A DNA stretch of 63,308 nt, filler included, from Corallochytrium limacisporum Hawaii (Eukaryota; Protista; Pluriformea), in NCBI GenBank assembly GCA_002811645.1. It is 5 parts of 5 records of this genome, joined end to end, with 100 filler letters (N's around TTAATTAATTAA, not from the genome) between each part and the next. Parts side by side here need not be neighbours in the genome. Positions count along the whole stretch, not along the records: positions 1 to 25,023 come from PDIP01000136.1; positions 25,124 to 55,079 come from PDIP01000030.1; 3 more parts are not named here. One strand, given 5' to 3'. How positions within the stretch are numbered: the first letter of the stretch is position 1; each line of letters begins with the position of its first letter. Shown one piece after another: positions 20,085 to 30,798 of this stretch. Below the pieces are notes generated by a model. It was not told the DNA's origin. It searched no databases and saw nothing but the letters and a program-made list of their open reading frames with translations. Both the position numbers and the translations under genes were made by a program.

Positions 20085-20696
20085 TTACTCGGATAAGAGT
20101 GCCTGCACCGCAGCGTCCACATCTCCCCCAGTCTTCTTCAGCATAGCCCGGCATTTATCCTCTGGGAACCCCATGTCTGTGAGAGTTTTAAGCTTTTCCG
20201 CGTCGACCGTGTCGGTAGCATGCTTGGCGGTCCACTCCCGTGCTGTCTTTTCAAATTCTTTGTGGTCTCTCTTAAATTGACCCGCCACCACAGCGTCCTG
20301 CGGTGAATCCGGTTCAGGAGATGACATAAGCGCCTGGATAGAAAGCAAGACAGTACGTAGTGTCATAGCTGCTGCCCATGCGTCTTTCAGAATGTCGAGA
20401 CAGATTGCTCCAGTCTGTGAACTAACGTTGGGATGCCAAATCTTAGTAGCAAATTTGACCTTGGGCGGAACGAAGGGATACTGCTCCGGGATCTCAATAT
20501 CAAGGGCAAATTGTCCCTTTTCATAGGGTGTATCAGGAGGTCCGGGAATTTCTCCATAGAGTTTGGACAAGCTGTCTCCAACAGGCTCCAACCTCATGCC
20601 AAGCTCTTTGATTGTTGGGTCCTTTGCGACTTCCGCGATCTCCCGCCTAACGCGGTCGTAAGCCCTGGAACCAGTCTTTTTCTTTGCACCGAACAT
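20085..20696 (-). CDS. UBE2K: Ubiquitin-conjugating enzyme E2 K (Ubc1/HIP2) with C-terminal UBA
   Basis: IWHPNVSSQTGAICLDILKDAWAAAMTLRTVLLSIQAL, plus UBA LTDMGFPEDK...AVQALL. ATG at 20696. Confidence 0.95.
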   Translation of the reverse strand: MFGAKKKTGSRAYDRVRREIAEVAKDPTIKELGMRLEPVGDSLSKLYGEIPGPPDTPYEKGQFALDIEIPEQYPFVPPKVKFATKIWHPNVSSQTGAICLDILKDAWAAAMTLRTVLLSIQALMSSPEPDSPQDAVVAGQFKRDHKEFEKTAREWTAKHATDTVDAEKLKTLTDMGFPEDKCRAMLKKTGGDVDAAVQALLSE

Positions 20697-20977
20697 GGTG
20701 AACAAGACTATATGATTGCTATCAACGCAGCCAGTATCCATTCGCAACGGAGACGAGCACAACGGGACCCGACAAGTACCTGGCAGTTGCGGACCCAATG
20801 TTCCGGAAACCAGGCGCCCCGACACTGAATAATGTCCCAAGAAGGTGGGATACAAAAAAACAGATCGAATTTTTAAAGTGACCCGTATAAGCTAATATTT
20901 TCAATAATATTTTAGTTTATATATTATATTTTTGTCGAAATTGTATTATGGAGAATGTACTAGACTATCTTACTACA

Positions 20978-21050
20978 GGGACTGTGGTGTAGTGGTTATC
21001 ACATCTGCTTTACACGCAGATGGTCGCCGGTTCGATCCCGGCCAGTCCCT
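20978..21050 (+). tRNA. tRNA-Val, anticodon TAC
   Basis: Acceptor stem GGGACTG/CAGTCCC. Anticodon arm TCTGC-TTTACAC-GCAGA. T arm GCCGG-TTCGATC-CCGGC. AT-rich upstream region and downstream T-runs (Pol III terminator-like). Confidence 0.96.
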
Positions 21051-21218
21051 TTGGTTTTTGATCGGGTCTGTCCAATTTTTTTTTCGTCTTTTTTTTTTTG
21101 TCTTTCCTCTTATATCGCATGTTACTTTGCGAGATCGAAGCGGGAAGAGCGAACGCATCCAGATGCCAAGGGTCCATACCTATTAATACGCTATGCAATG
21201 TTCAATCATTCTGTTTAA

Positions 21219-22658
21219 TCACCACTTGACATTCAAGCCTGAAATTGTCTTCTCAATAATCTTGTAGGATGTGTACAAGCGATGGTTCTTTGCTCGTTCG
21301 TCCTCAGCCATCCAGGTGTCGTAGAGCTCGGAGATGTCTGCCCGGGAACGAGGCTCCACACAGTTCTTGGACTCATAGTACTTTGCTTCGACTTTCTCGA
21401 GATGGGCGCGGCTGTCGACACCTTCGTCTGGACGACACTGACCACCGCCATTGTTACATCCACCCGGACATGCCATGATCTCCACAAAGTCGTAATTGCA
21501 CCGCTTTCGCTTGAGCTTCTGCACCACAGTCTGGATATTCCGGAATCCATACGCTTTGATGAAGCGGAGCTTGACCTCATCTCCAACCTTGATGAGAGCC
21601 TCCTGCATGTCCTTGTTCTTTAGTGTCTCAAAGACAACAGGAACGTCCGTAGGGATCTCCTGGCCGTAGAGTTCCTTGGCAGCATACTTGTAGACAAAGT
21701 CAGCATAGCCGCCGGATCCACCACCCGTATGGGACTCCATGCTTCCTGTGTTGAGATCAATGGTGTTGTAGAACTTGGACACTGCCGCAGGCTCGAATGT
21801 CTTTACGTCTAGGGATTCCTCCTCGAAAATCTTTTCCACTTCAATAGGAGTAATGACACAATCCACGTCCCGCGTGCGATAAATGTCGTCATAGAACTCC
21901 TCCCGACTGGCTTCCAATTTCTTATCAAAGCACGGCATAATTGTCACATGGTACACCTCTGCTGGCTTGCAATCTACTTCCTTGGCCAAGTGCTCCTTAA
22001 CCAGAGATCCCATCATCTGCTGCGGTGACTTCACCCTTGAGATGTGAGGGATCAAGAGCTTGCCGTGACTCTTTTCCGCATAGCAAATGAAACCAGGACA
22101 GCTTGACGTCAGCACTGGTAGCTTTTCCCCATTCTTTACCTTGCTCACAAATTCTTTAGCCGACTCAAGCAGCGACATATTTCGCCCATAGGTCGAGTCT
22201 AGGAAGTAGTCTACACCTTTGCTTTGTAAAAGGGAGGAGAACTTCAAATGAAACTCCAGATCACTCATGTCAAACTTTGTCGCCAGAGAACTCCTCGCTT
22301 GCGGAGCAATGGTAACCACAACTACTTTTGGACCATCCAGTGTACCTTTAGTACGCAAAACCCGCAGAAACTCTTGATGGCTCTGACTCTGGATCAACAC
22401 AGTTTCCGCTGAAGTAACACAGCCTGAACACGCCAGACAATCATTCAGTGTAATTGTTGCCTTCTGCAGCTCTGTCTCCCTTCCGTCCTCACCAATCTGT
22501 ACGTATCCACCAGTCTTGTTTTTCTTTACATCGGAGATAGGGCCGGTCTGATCAGACGGCAATCTATTTTCTTGGTTCACTGGTAGAATACATTCCTGTG
22601 ATGGCAGGATGAAGTCATCCAGATCTGTCAGCTTCAGAGCTGAACTAAATTGTGACAT
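21219..22658 (-). CDS. CIAO3: Cytosolic Fe-S assembly factor Nar1/NARFL (hydrogenase-like)
   Basis: LTDLDDFI..SQEC, LNDCLACSGCVTSAE, SSCPG, IMPCFDKKLEASR, EIMACPGGCNNGGGQ, terminal KW. Confidence 0.97.
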   Translation of the reverse strand: MSQFSSALKLTDLDDFILPSQECILPVNQENRLPSDQTGPISDVKKNKTGGYVQIGEDGRETELQKATITLNDCLACSGCVTSAETVLIQSQSHQEFLRVLRTKGTLDGPKVVVVTIAPQARSSLATKFDMSDLEFHLKFSSLLQSKGVDYFLDSTYGRNMSLLESAKEFVSKVKNGEKLPVLTSSCPGFICYAEKSHGKLLIPHISRVKSPQQMMGSLVKEHLAKEVDCKPAEVYHVTIMPCFDKKLEASREEFYDDIYRTRDVDCVITPIEVEKIFEEESLDVKTFEPAAVSKFYNTIDLNTGSMESHTGGGSGGYADFVYKYAAKELYGQEIPTDVPVVFETLKNKDMQEALIKVGDEVKLRFIKAYGFRNIQTVVQKLKRKRCNYDFVEIMACPGGCNNGGGQCRPDEGVDSRAHLEKVEAKYYESKNCVEPRSRADISELYDTWMAEDERAKNHRLYTSYKIIEKTISGLNVKW

Positions 22659-23191
22659 ATTTTCTTATTTCACTCCTATTTCTTTAGCGCAACTTATCAC
22701 AACGCAAGTCCCGGAATCTCTTCAACTTCAGTAAAATTCACACCAAGGAAGATTATCCCGCCAACACATTTCTCTTTGTACCTGCCTCCTGCCCAAGCCG
22801 AATTGAACGAAACGCGTGTTCTGGAACGCAGCCACAAGAACTCGTGACCCTGCCGGGGCCGTAGCGGCCCCGGAATGGGGAAGTGGGGGTAGAGCGCCCG
22901 GGATGGGCGGGGGTCTCAGCCCATCTTTTGAATTCTACTCCCTCTCCCCCTCCTCCTTGCCGACGTCACCGCTGAGAGGCCCAGCGCTTGCTTTTGAACG
23001 GGTGGGTCAGCAAAGTCGGCACTGGCCGAGTGAGGGCAAAGGTTAGCCCACCGCAACGTACTAGCTGCTGGACTGGGCTCTTTGATACTGGGCTTAGGTG
23101 GGAGATGTGTGTGTATGTATGTATTCTAATCATGGCAATGACGAAATGGATGTTAAGTTGGACGTTATTGTGTCAATCGCTTCTCCTGAGC

Positions 23192-24640
23192 TTAGCGGTC
23201 CGCACTCTTCAGAGGCTGTGCCATCCTCGGGGCGAAGGAGACTGCACGTCTATGGCGGGGAGTGCCCTTGAGCAGGTAGTGCATCTTATCACCATCTGTT
23301 ATAGTCAGGGGTTGGCAGAGTGGCAGAGTGTCCTTATCAGGCACAGTGGAACTACAGTTGCGAGTTCCGATGAAGTCGTTCCAGGATCCGTTCTTTTCAA
23401 AGAGGGCGCGTATGACCTCTACGGCAGGCGGACTGAGGTCGCGGAAGTATTTGTGTAGGCGTTCGGCGGACCAGACGTGCTGTTCCTGAGCACGTACATT
23501 ATCGAAAGTGGTTCCTTTGACTGTGACATTGAAGAGCTTCTCACCACGTTCAATACACTCGGCGTTGGCCAGCATCCAGGGTACCCATAAATGACAAGCC
23601 AGGTCGAACATTTCCACAATACCGGTGGGCAAGTGCATTGGTCCGGTCTCCCACAGACCTTCTCCGTCAGCTGACATGCTTTCAGCACCCTTCCGAGCCT
23701 TCACTTTACTACTCTTCTCATTCCAGAGACGAGCCTGCCATTCCCAAACATCAGGAGCTTCGTCGAGCATGACAGTTTGAGGGTACGGGTCCAAGGCAAA
23801 GTGACGGAACATGCTCGCCATGAAACCAAAATCGGCGAAAGAGGGGGCCTCGCCAAACAGATAAGGGCGCCGCTGGAAGCACTTGCTCATCAAGCGCATC
23901 ACCTCACGGTATATATCTTCCATGAACTTGCGCTGCTCTTCTGTGCAGATTCCGTTGGCGGTGACATATTCGCTGTACTGACGGTCCGCAGCGTTTTTGA
24001 GAATGTAGGACTTGTTCAAACTGTCCATGAAGCTATTCTTCCCAGTATTCGCCAACCTGTCAAAGAAAATACTGGCATACAAGTTGCGAGTCTTCCAGTC
24101 CTGCCAGCGGTAGTACATGGCTGGCATCCACATCCACTCGTCTGCGAAGTCCTCCAGGAAGCGCATGACAAACAAATTGACTTCGTACGTGAGCTTTTTG
24201 CCGGTGTAGCTAGCCAAGCTCGGAATGACGCGCAACGTTTTCTCAGACTCTCTGTCTTCCAGCCATTCGATAATTCTGGTAGAGTCGCGGAGCCAAGCCT
24301 CAGACTGAGGGCTATCGCCCTTGACGTGGACGATAGGTACCTCCATTAGACCCACATTTGGCAGTATAGTATCCGCCATTTCGTAGAGGGTTAGAGGAGA
24401 TACGACAAAACTGAGCTCTTTGTACCGCATGTACGCCTGGACCTTTCCAGAGTAGTAGGATATGTCCATGCAATAAAGAACATACCTTTCAGGACCTGCT
24501 TCGATGGCAGAGTGGTTGTCGATCTTCAACCAAGGGTTCAGCAGCCGCCACAAGAACCCTCGGAACATATCAGTATACGGTGCAAAGATGCTGCCGAATG
24601 ATCCGGCACGAACATCACTGGTGTTAGTCGCACTCTTCAT
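23192..24640 (-). CDS. Glutathione S-transferase-like protein (bacterial-type)
   Basis: ISYYSGKVQAYMRYK, EVP, LRDSTRIIEWLE, LEDFADEWMWMPAMYYRW, PYLFGEAPSFADFG. The frame is open upstream to at least 24733, so the start is uncertain. Confidence 0.8.
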   Translation of the reverse strand: MKSATNTSDVRAGSFGSIFAPYTDMFRGFLWRLLNPWLKIDNHSAIEAGPERYVLYCMDISYYSGKVQAYMRYKELSFVVSPLTLYEMADTILPNVGLMEVPIVHVKGDSPQSEAWLRDSTRIIEWLEDRESEKTLRVIPSLASYTGKKLTYEVNLFVMRFLEDFADEWMWMPAMYYRWQDWKTRNLYASIFFDRLANTGKNSFMDSLNKSYILKNAADRQYSEYVTANGICTEEQRKFMEDIYREVMRLMSKCFQRRPYLFGEAPSFADFGFMASMFRHFALDPYPQTVMLDEAPDVWEWQARLWNEKSSKVKARKGAESMSADGEGLWETGPMHLPTGIVEMFDLACHLWVPWMLANAECIERGEKLFNVTVKGTTFDNVRAQEQHVWSAERLHKYFRDLSPPAVEVIRALFEKNGSWNDFIGTRNCSSTVPDKDTLPLCQPLTITDGDKMHYLLKGTPRHRRAVSFAPRMAQPLKSADR

Positions 24641-24875
24641 GGTGAAGTCAAAGAAGCTTCTTTTGCTCTTTGGGGTCCCGCACTTGATCTCTTCAACTGC
24701 CGGATCTAATATACCTTCGTATTCGCTCGACAACCTGCAACGACTCGCTAAGATGAGATAACATCTCGCTATCTGTCAATATAATCTACACGTCACAGTT
24801 GACCAGAAATCACGAAACTTAGGTATCATTCAACGCGTACGGATGCCACCGACCCCTCCTTGCCGGTGGCTAGTA

Positions 24876-25206
24876 CCACCCTCTGTCTGGTATGTCAGGG
24901 TCAAAACTCCGAAAAACTTGACTCCCGAGGATCTTTTTCAAACTTGATTGTATAATAATTTATATTGATTGTATTCTATTTCATTATATTTTGCTCTTTT
25001 TAACAATCATTTACAAATATTTCNNNNNNNNNNNNNNNNNNNNNNNNNNNNNNNNNNNNNNNNNNNNTTAATTAATTAANNNNNNNNNNNNNNNNNNNNN
25101 NNNNNNNNNNNNNNNNNNNNNNNAATGTGATAAGATTTATTTGATTCAAAGAAGGTTGCGACCCTATAAACCTAAATTCCTCCTTAACTTATGGGGCAGA
25201 GGTTGG
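24876..25206. mobile_element. Putative TA-flanked DNA transposon with imperfect terminal inverted repeats; interior lost in an assembly gap
   Basis: TA|CCACCCTCTGTC at the left end and GGCAGAGGTTGG|TA at the right end. The first 25 nt match the reverse complement of the last 25 nt at 17/25 positions. The left ~148 bp are near-identical to 61895 onward. Confidence 0.65.
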
Positions 25207-27628
25207 TAAGTAGTTGCAGCACTTAAGGACCACACACTCTCTCTCTCTCTCACTCTTTGCATCAGTTTCCGGAAGTTTTGTCATAGCCCGCGCGGCCAGC
25301 CCGGTGACCGTACTCTGGCCATAGGGTGGGTGAGACCCCTCCTCCCGGCCGTTACTCTTAGCAGATGTGTACGTGTGTACACTTGCCGAGCCCGCAGGGA
25401 GGACAAAGAAATATTCCACGCTCTCTACCGCTGCGTGACCGGTCCGGCCACCCACCGCGGGAGTATATGACCCAGAACTGAAGGGAAGGGGGGGGGGTGG
25501 GCAGAACTGAAATAAACCGGGTAGGGAGGCCCATAGGGATGCGGACGGGGTGTATGATACTTGGGTACTGTGCTACATTGCTACGTGTCACCTTTTGATT
25601 TCGTCCGGTCGAGTTCTCCGTGTGGGTGCAGGAATAGTTGGGTTTGTGAAAGCAATGCTAAGAATAGCGCAAAAACACCCGAGCGCCCATGAAATCTTGG
25701 GCTTTGCAGATCAGGTATGCGTGTTGCGGATTCCAAGTGTGCAGTAGATCTGCAAAGTCATCGGCGACGAAAATAGAAGTTGGATCACAACAGTTTGCGT
25801 ATCCCCTTAGCTCCATGTCAAACGCTTCGGACGAACAATTATGTGGAAAACGGCCGCTGATCAATATAACCAGCATCAGAATGGGATGAGCTAGTTGACG
25901 AGCATGCGATCGCCATGGTACTGCGCTGCTCCTTCACCCTGTGTATGTCAGTAAAGAAGTGTCAGGAGCATAGACTTCACACCACTGTAGAAGTATTACC
26001 TACCAACACTTTCTGCCGGACCAGCGTGTCCCCCTACCAAATGTTCTGGTTCATCTCTCTTACCTCTACGGTTTGGTTTTTACACTGGGTACGTACGTAG
26101 GTCTTACCCCCCCCCCCGGGGGGGAACCGTTCAAAAAGCAGGTGCCGCACAGTGCCGCTGCTTCCAGGTACATTCACTATATGCTCTCCCGGGGTTACTG
26201 GAGCACATTGCGCGTTCAGTATCGGCGCCGGAAAACATTGCAAATGATGAAATGAGCACCAAGGACGAAAATAGTAGGCGGTTTTGATTTCAGCTTTCCT
26301 CTGAAGGAAAACACCGAAGGACAAGGGAGTCCCACACCACACACACACACACAGCACAACACACACTCTCTCACTGAACACCCCTTGTCTCTCGCCTCGA
26401 CTTTGCAGGGTTGTTGGCCCAGGCCAGAGAGATTGGGGGGGGGGAGAGGAGAGAGGAAAAGGGAAGGGAAGGGAAGGGGAAGAGCAGATGGGGGACGGTG
26501 GGGGGAGGGGGAGAAGACGTTGCGCGTGTGTGTGGCACCCCAACACCCAAGAAAACCAGAAAATAACGGACAGTACTTGGTGGGAAATGGACGGGGGGGT
26601 TCCTCTCCGGGACGGGAGGGGGGTGGAGGCCACCTCGGGGAAAAATGGGAGGAGGGAGAGGGAAGAAACGAGAGAGAGAGAGAGAGAACGGAGACAGGGC
26701 GCAAAGGGCAGGCGGGGAGGAGGGGGGGGGATGGGCCGTACGAAAGAAGGTTTTCAGCGTATTTTTCAATAATCGCCTCCTTCTAATCTCTATCCCTTCG
26801 ACAGTGGTCGGCTTGCGTGCGTGATCGAGGGGTGAGCTGGTCCACCCTCCTCTCCCCCCCTGCGTGGCTGGGATCGCCACCCCTCCCGTCATTTTCGCGA
26901 GCCGTTCGTGACGCAGGAAAGATTCTTGTGTTGCTCTTAGACAACGTTGTGTCACGGCCACTTTCAGTAATGAATGAACCGCTACAAAACAACCCGTCAG
27001 GGTCGTTTCCGGTTCACTAAGCGAATCATTTTTTCTTCGCTTCGGTTCTTGGGATTCTCAACCACTCCCTCCGCTGCTCCCTACACGTCGCAAAAATACC
27101 CCCGCCCTGGGTTGGTCGTGGTAAATACGACGAAGGCGCGTTTCAGTAGTGAGAGTGCCAGGATTCCCACCGAAAGTTGTTCGGTGCGCTTGGCCAGGTA
27201 GCCCACGAGAAAGAGGGATGAAACGGTGCTGGTGGGTTGCCGTCTTGCGCCACTTTTGAACCACCTGGCCTGCCCCCCTTCCCTGCGCTTTGCCGAGCGA
27301 GCTTCCCGCTGCTTTCCTTGACTACTGTCGCCGCCCGACCCTTACCCCCCCCCTTCTCTGGCCTTTCGTAACTATCGATAATTGCTTACCTGAGCTGCGG
27401 AGCATGCAAATTTTGACCGAGATGGTTTCTGTCCCGCCCCGGCTCAGTAATAAGGGGCTAAGGAATAAAAAAGGAGGGAAACACACCCAAAGAGAAAAGA
27501 AAACTATGAATGGGGGACAACCCCCCCCCGCGCCAAGTTTTAAGCGAGGAATTTTTGTTAAAAAAAATGGATAGGAAACAGATTGACAGGATCCAAAAGG
27601 AGGAAAAAAACCATAAAAGAAATGCAAG

Positions 27629-27649
27629 AGAGAGACAACAGAGAGAGAG

Positions 27650-27698
<49 letters not shown>
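27629..27698. repeat. (GA)n microsatellite next to an assembly gap
   Basis: Directly visible GA repeat followed by a G-run and Ns. Confidence 0.95.
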
Positions 27699-27709
<11 letters not shown>

Positions 27710-28677
27710 NNNNNNNNNNNNNNNNNNNNNNNNNNNNNNNNNNNNNNNNNNNNNNNNNNNNNNNNNNNNNNNNNNNNNNNNNNNNNNNNNNNNNNNNNNN
27801 NNNNNNNNNNNNNNNNNNNNNNNNNNNNNNNNNNNNNNNNNNNNNNNNNNNNNNNNNNNNNNNNNNNNNNNNNNNNNNNNNNNNNNNNNNAGAGAGGGCC
27901 GGGGGTGGGGGAGGAGAGATAAAAAGTAATGGGAATTCGTTTTTATCTGGTGGGGGGGGCCCTTCCCTCCCCCACCTCCTCCTCCCCGGCCCGTGTGTAT
28001 TTTTTTTTTTGGGTTTGGAATAGACAGCGATGGTGGTTGAAAGTGTGTGCACAATGCAAGAATGAAGGGCGGGGAAGGGGGGGGGGAGGGCGCGCGCGCA
28101 TCAGAAAACGCACCCCGGGTCCCTACCTTCACGCGTCGGAGTGGTTCGTGGGCCCGGTCCCTGGGGGGGGGGGGGACTTGGGTAAAGGGGAAAAAAGTAA
28201 AAGGAAACAGAAGGAAGAAAAGAAAGAGGGAGTAAAACCACCTGCGTATGCGCAGAGGCACGAGTGGTTGGGACGCCGTTTTTCTTGTCTCCTGCCCGCA
28301 CGACCCGGTTTCGTGGTTACTTTCCTGTTTTCGTTGCATTCTGGTCCCGTGGTTTCATTCCCGCGAGTGTTTGGAATTCTTCGGAGCTGTTCGGTCGTCA
28401 TTTTGTACACAGCAGACCCACGAGACCATATCTGTTTCGTAGGGTGCAAGGGTCGAATGTCGTACCCGACGAGTGGCGCTGAGAGGTACTTCGCAACGAG
28501 ATCCTGGGCACAAGCGACGCGAAGGAATGAGAGCAACGGCAATTAAACTTGAACAAACAGGTCCGTGATTGAGAACGACAGTAGCAGAGAGGCAAAACAT
28601 GAGCAAGAAATGAATGTGAAAGAGTAAATAGACGTTAAAGAAAGAGTCAAGTTTCCGCACAAATCGACACTTAACAA

Positions 28678-29976
28678 ATGCCTGCGTCACCGATCAAGGC
28701 ATTGCTTACGAGTCGATCGACGGACAGTGTAAGACACCCTCGACTTGCATACGGAACAAGTACTTCCTCTTCCGCTTCTATAACTCCGCCGTCGTATGGG
28801 TCTGCGGGAGACGTCAATTCACCCCACCGTGGATATGGAAGTGCAGCTGTAGTTGGCATGAATTCTGAAGTCAGAAAGTCTTTCAGCGTCGAGGAGCAGC
28901 CTGTGACGCCTCGGTCACCATCGTCGCCACACAGCACATCGACACTCGAGTTAAATGATCGAGTGGAAAAGGCCAACATTGGATCCACAGAATGGCGCGC
29001 TAATCAGATGCTGAGCATTGAGCAGGCCACAGGGTCACCATCGGCCGAAGCGCAAACAAAGGCCCAAGGTGTCAAGGCCGCCATTGAGAGCAATCTGAAG
29101 ACGTACCTCAAACTGACACCCATGGACCGTATGCTCATGCGAAGGAAAATGGGTTCGTGGAAAACTAGCGAAGCTCGGGCACAACTACTAAGGGACGTTG
29201 ACGATATTTATCAGAAAAAACTTGACAAACTGCCGACTGGAATCGACTTGCCGCGGCTGGTCCGCAACGCGCGGGTTCAGGTCGGTGGTGACAACCGCTC
29301 AAATGGAGTTGACCATGAGAACGACACAGTGTATCATCTGCTGGTGAACTTCCTGAAATGTCTGGCACTTGAAGCCGACAACGCCAAGGACGAAATGGAG
29401 GGCTTGATCGCGGAACACTTCCCCGAGGAACACGATGAGGAGGAGACATCACTGGCGGCCATGCACCTAAAGAGTCTTTTGAATGCGGAGGCGGAGAGTG
29501 AGCGATTACAGAACAGCATTCAGTTCCTGAAATGCTGCAACCAGAGTATCATTGCTCCCATGTTCATGCTACTTAAGAACGGACTGGGCAGTGGTCTGGC
29601 TTTCCGGTCACTACCGCGAAGCTGGCAGATCTTTGTGCAGGTGGACCAAGGTCGGGTGATTCATCGTATGGTCGAAGTGGTCTCTGACGAAGATGATTGT
29701 GGGAAAACACTGTGTACATTCCAATGGGAAGCACGCATTGATGTTGACGTCAAGGCCGACGTGATTGTAGATGTTCAGTTTGACGTTGGCAGGGTCGGGT
29801 TCGACAGCGAGATTGACGAAGACCGTCGGTTTGAATTGATGAAAATCTTCATGATGCATGGTTATGCACCTGAGGTCCAGTCCGGTCTTATGGCCTCGCG
29901 TACCCGATACGTGTCCAAGAGCCAACGCAAGGACAGCAGTGCCTCATCAGCGGGAACCCAGAGAAGCACCACATAA
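28678..29976 (+). CDS. Uncharacterised protein with Ser/Pro-rich N-terminus and globular C-terminal domain (possibly glfB-C-like)
   Basis: 432-aa ATG-initiated ORF. LKCCNQSIIAP...WQIFV...VIHRMVE resembles, from memory, the C-terminal domain of amoebozoan glfB-like proteins (unverified). Confidence 0.7.
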   Translation: MPASPIKALLTSRSTDSVRHPRLAYGTSTSSSASITPPSYGSAGDVNSPHRGYGSAAVVGMNSEVRKSFSVEEQPVTPRSPSSPHSTSTLELNDRVEKANIGSTEWRANQMLSIEQATGSPSAEAQTKAQGVKAAIESNLKTYLKLTPMDRMLMRRKMGSWKTSEARAQLLRDVDDIYQKKLDKLPTGIDLPRLVRNARVQVGGDNRSNGVDHENDTVYHLLVNFLKCLALEADNAKDEMEGLIAEHFPEEHDEEETSLAAMHLKSLLNAEAESERLQNSIQFLKCCNQSIIAPMFMLLKNGLGSGLAFRSLPRSWQIFVQVDQGRVIHRMVEVVSDEDDCGKTLCTFQWEARIDVDVKADVIVDVQFDVGRVGFDSEIDEDRRFELMKIFMMHGYAPEVQSGLMASRTRYVSKSQRKDSSASSAGTQRSTT

Positions 29977-30312
29977 AAGCCCATTATTCTCTCATATACA
30001 TATAGCGGTACTGCTGACTTCGTGACGTGTTTCCTGCCAAAATAACCAATATTGATGTATTTTTTGAAGGATGTGTACTTAGGATGTCCTTGTGTGTGTA
30101 TTTACTATGCTGCGTGTAAAGGTAAGTATGTACAAATAAGGGGGATGAAAACCAGATTCCGGGTAGGCTGCAGCCAGTAGCGCTCGAACCTTGTCCCGGC
30201 TTCTGTTGTGACTGTGTGTTTTCTGCAGGTGGCGCAAGTTCCTACGTCATAGGTACTCTGTTTGAGGACTCGTTGCTTCTTCGTCTCACATTCGACCCGA
30301 GCAGGAGCCTGC

Positions 30313-30798
30313 TTATCTCACCTTTCCCGGCGTATAAGCACGGTTGATACGTTCCTCCTGGAGGAACATGTGCAGGGCCCGCTCGTTTTGCGCCAACGGG
30401 TGTCCAGCAATCTTGTTCAGAAACACTTCGAGCGCCCGACGCCTGCGTTCGATAAATTCGGGGTCAAACAGACCCTCGTCCTTGCGGAATGGGTTAATGG
30501 CCCGGTTGAGTGCCTTTCCAGGCAATGGAGGAACCAGGATCTTACCGTCCTTTTCCAGCTCCTGCTTGAGCCATTCGAATTCACTGTATCTCCGACGAAC
30601 CTCAGAGTGCTTCAGCTTGAAAACAGGAAGATTGGTGGACAGAACAACCTGATAGTCCACAAATTTAGTCCGCCCATCGCCATGAATCTGTGGGTCCGTT
30701 ACCTCAATTTCAAGGAAGTTATCTGGTTCACTGTAGGCGTCGTCCAGCGACTGCTTTTTGTAAGACAGACGCTTGGTGTCCAGCTGAGAAATGGACAT
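30313..30798 (-). CDS. SNX3: Sorting nexin 3/12 (PX-only)
   Basis: NFLEIEV, VRRRYSEFEWL, PPLPGK, KIAGHPLAQNERALHMFLQE; very similar to animal SNX3/12. Confidence 0.95.
   Translation of the reverse strand: MSISQLDTKRLSYKKQSLDDAYSEPDNFLEIEVTDPQIHGDGRTKFVDYQVVLSTNLPVFKLKHSEVRRRYSEFEWLKQELEKDGKILVPPLPGKALNRAINPFRKDEGLFDPEFIERRRRALEVFLNKIAGHPLAQNERALHMFLQEERINRAYTPGKVR

Noticed and set aside
25068-25079. TTAATTAATTAA palindrome centred in four 100-nt N gaps
   Set aside because: An identical all-frame-stop linker embedded in Ns is a scaffolding artefact, not biology.
25209-28600. Many overlapping Pro/Gly/Arg/Phe-rich ORFs
   Set aside because: They arise from low-complexity purine/pyrimidine tracts and an N gap, with no recognisable domains.
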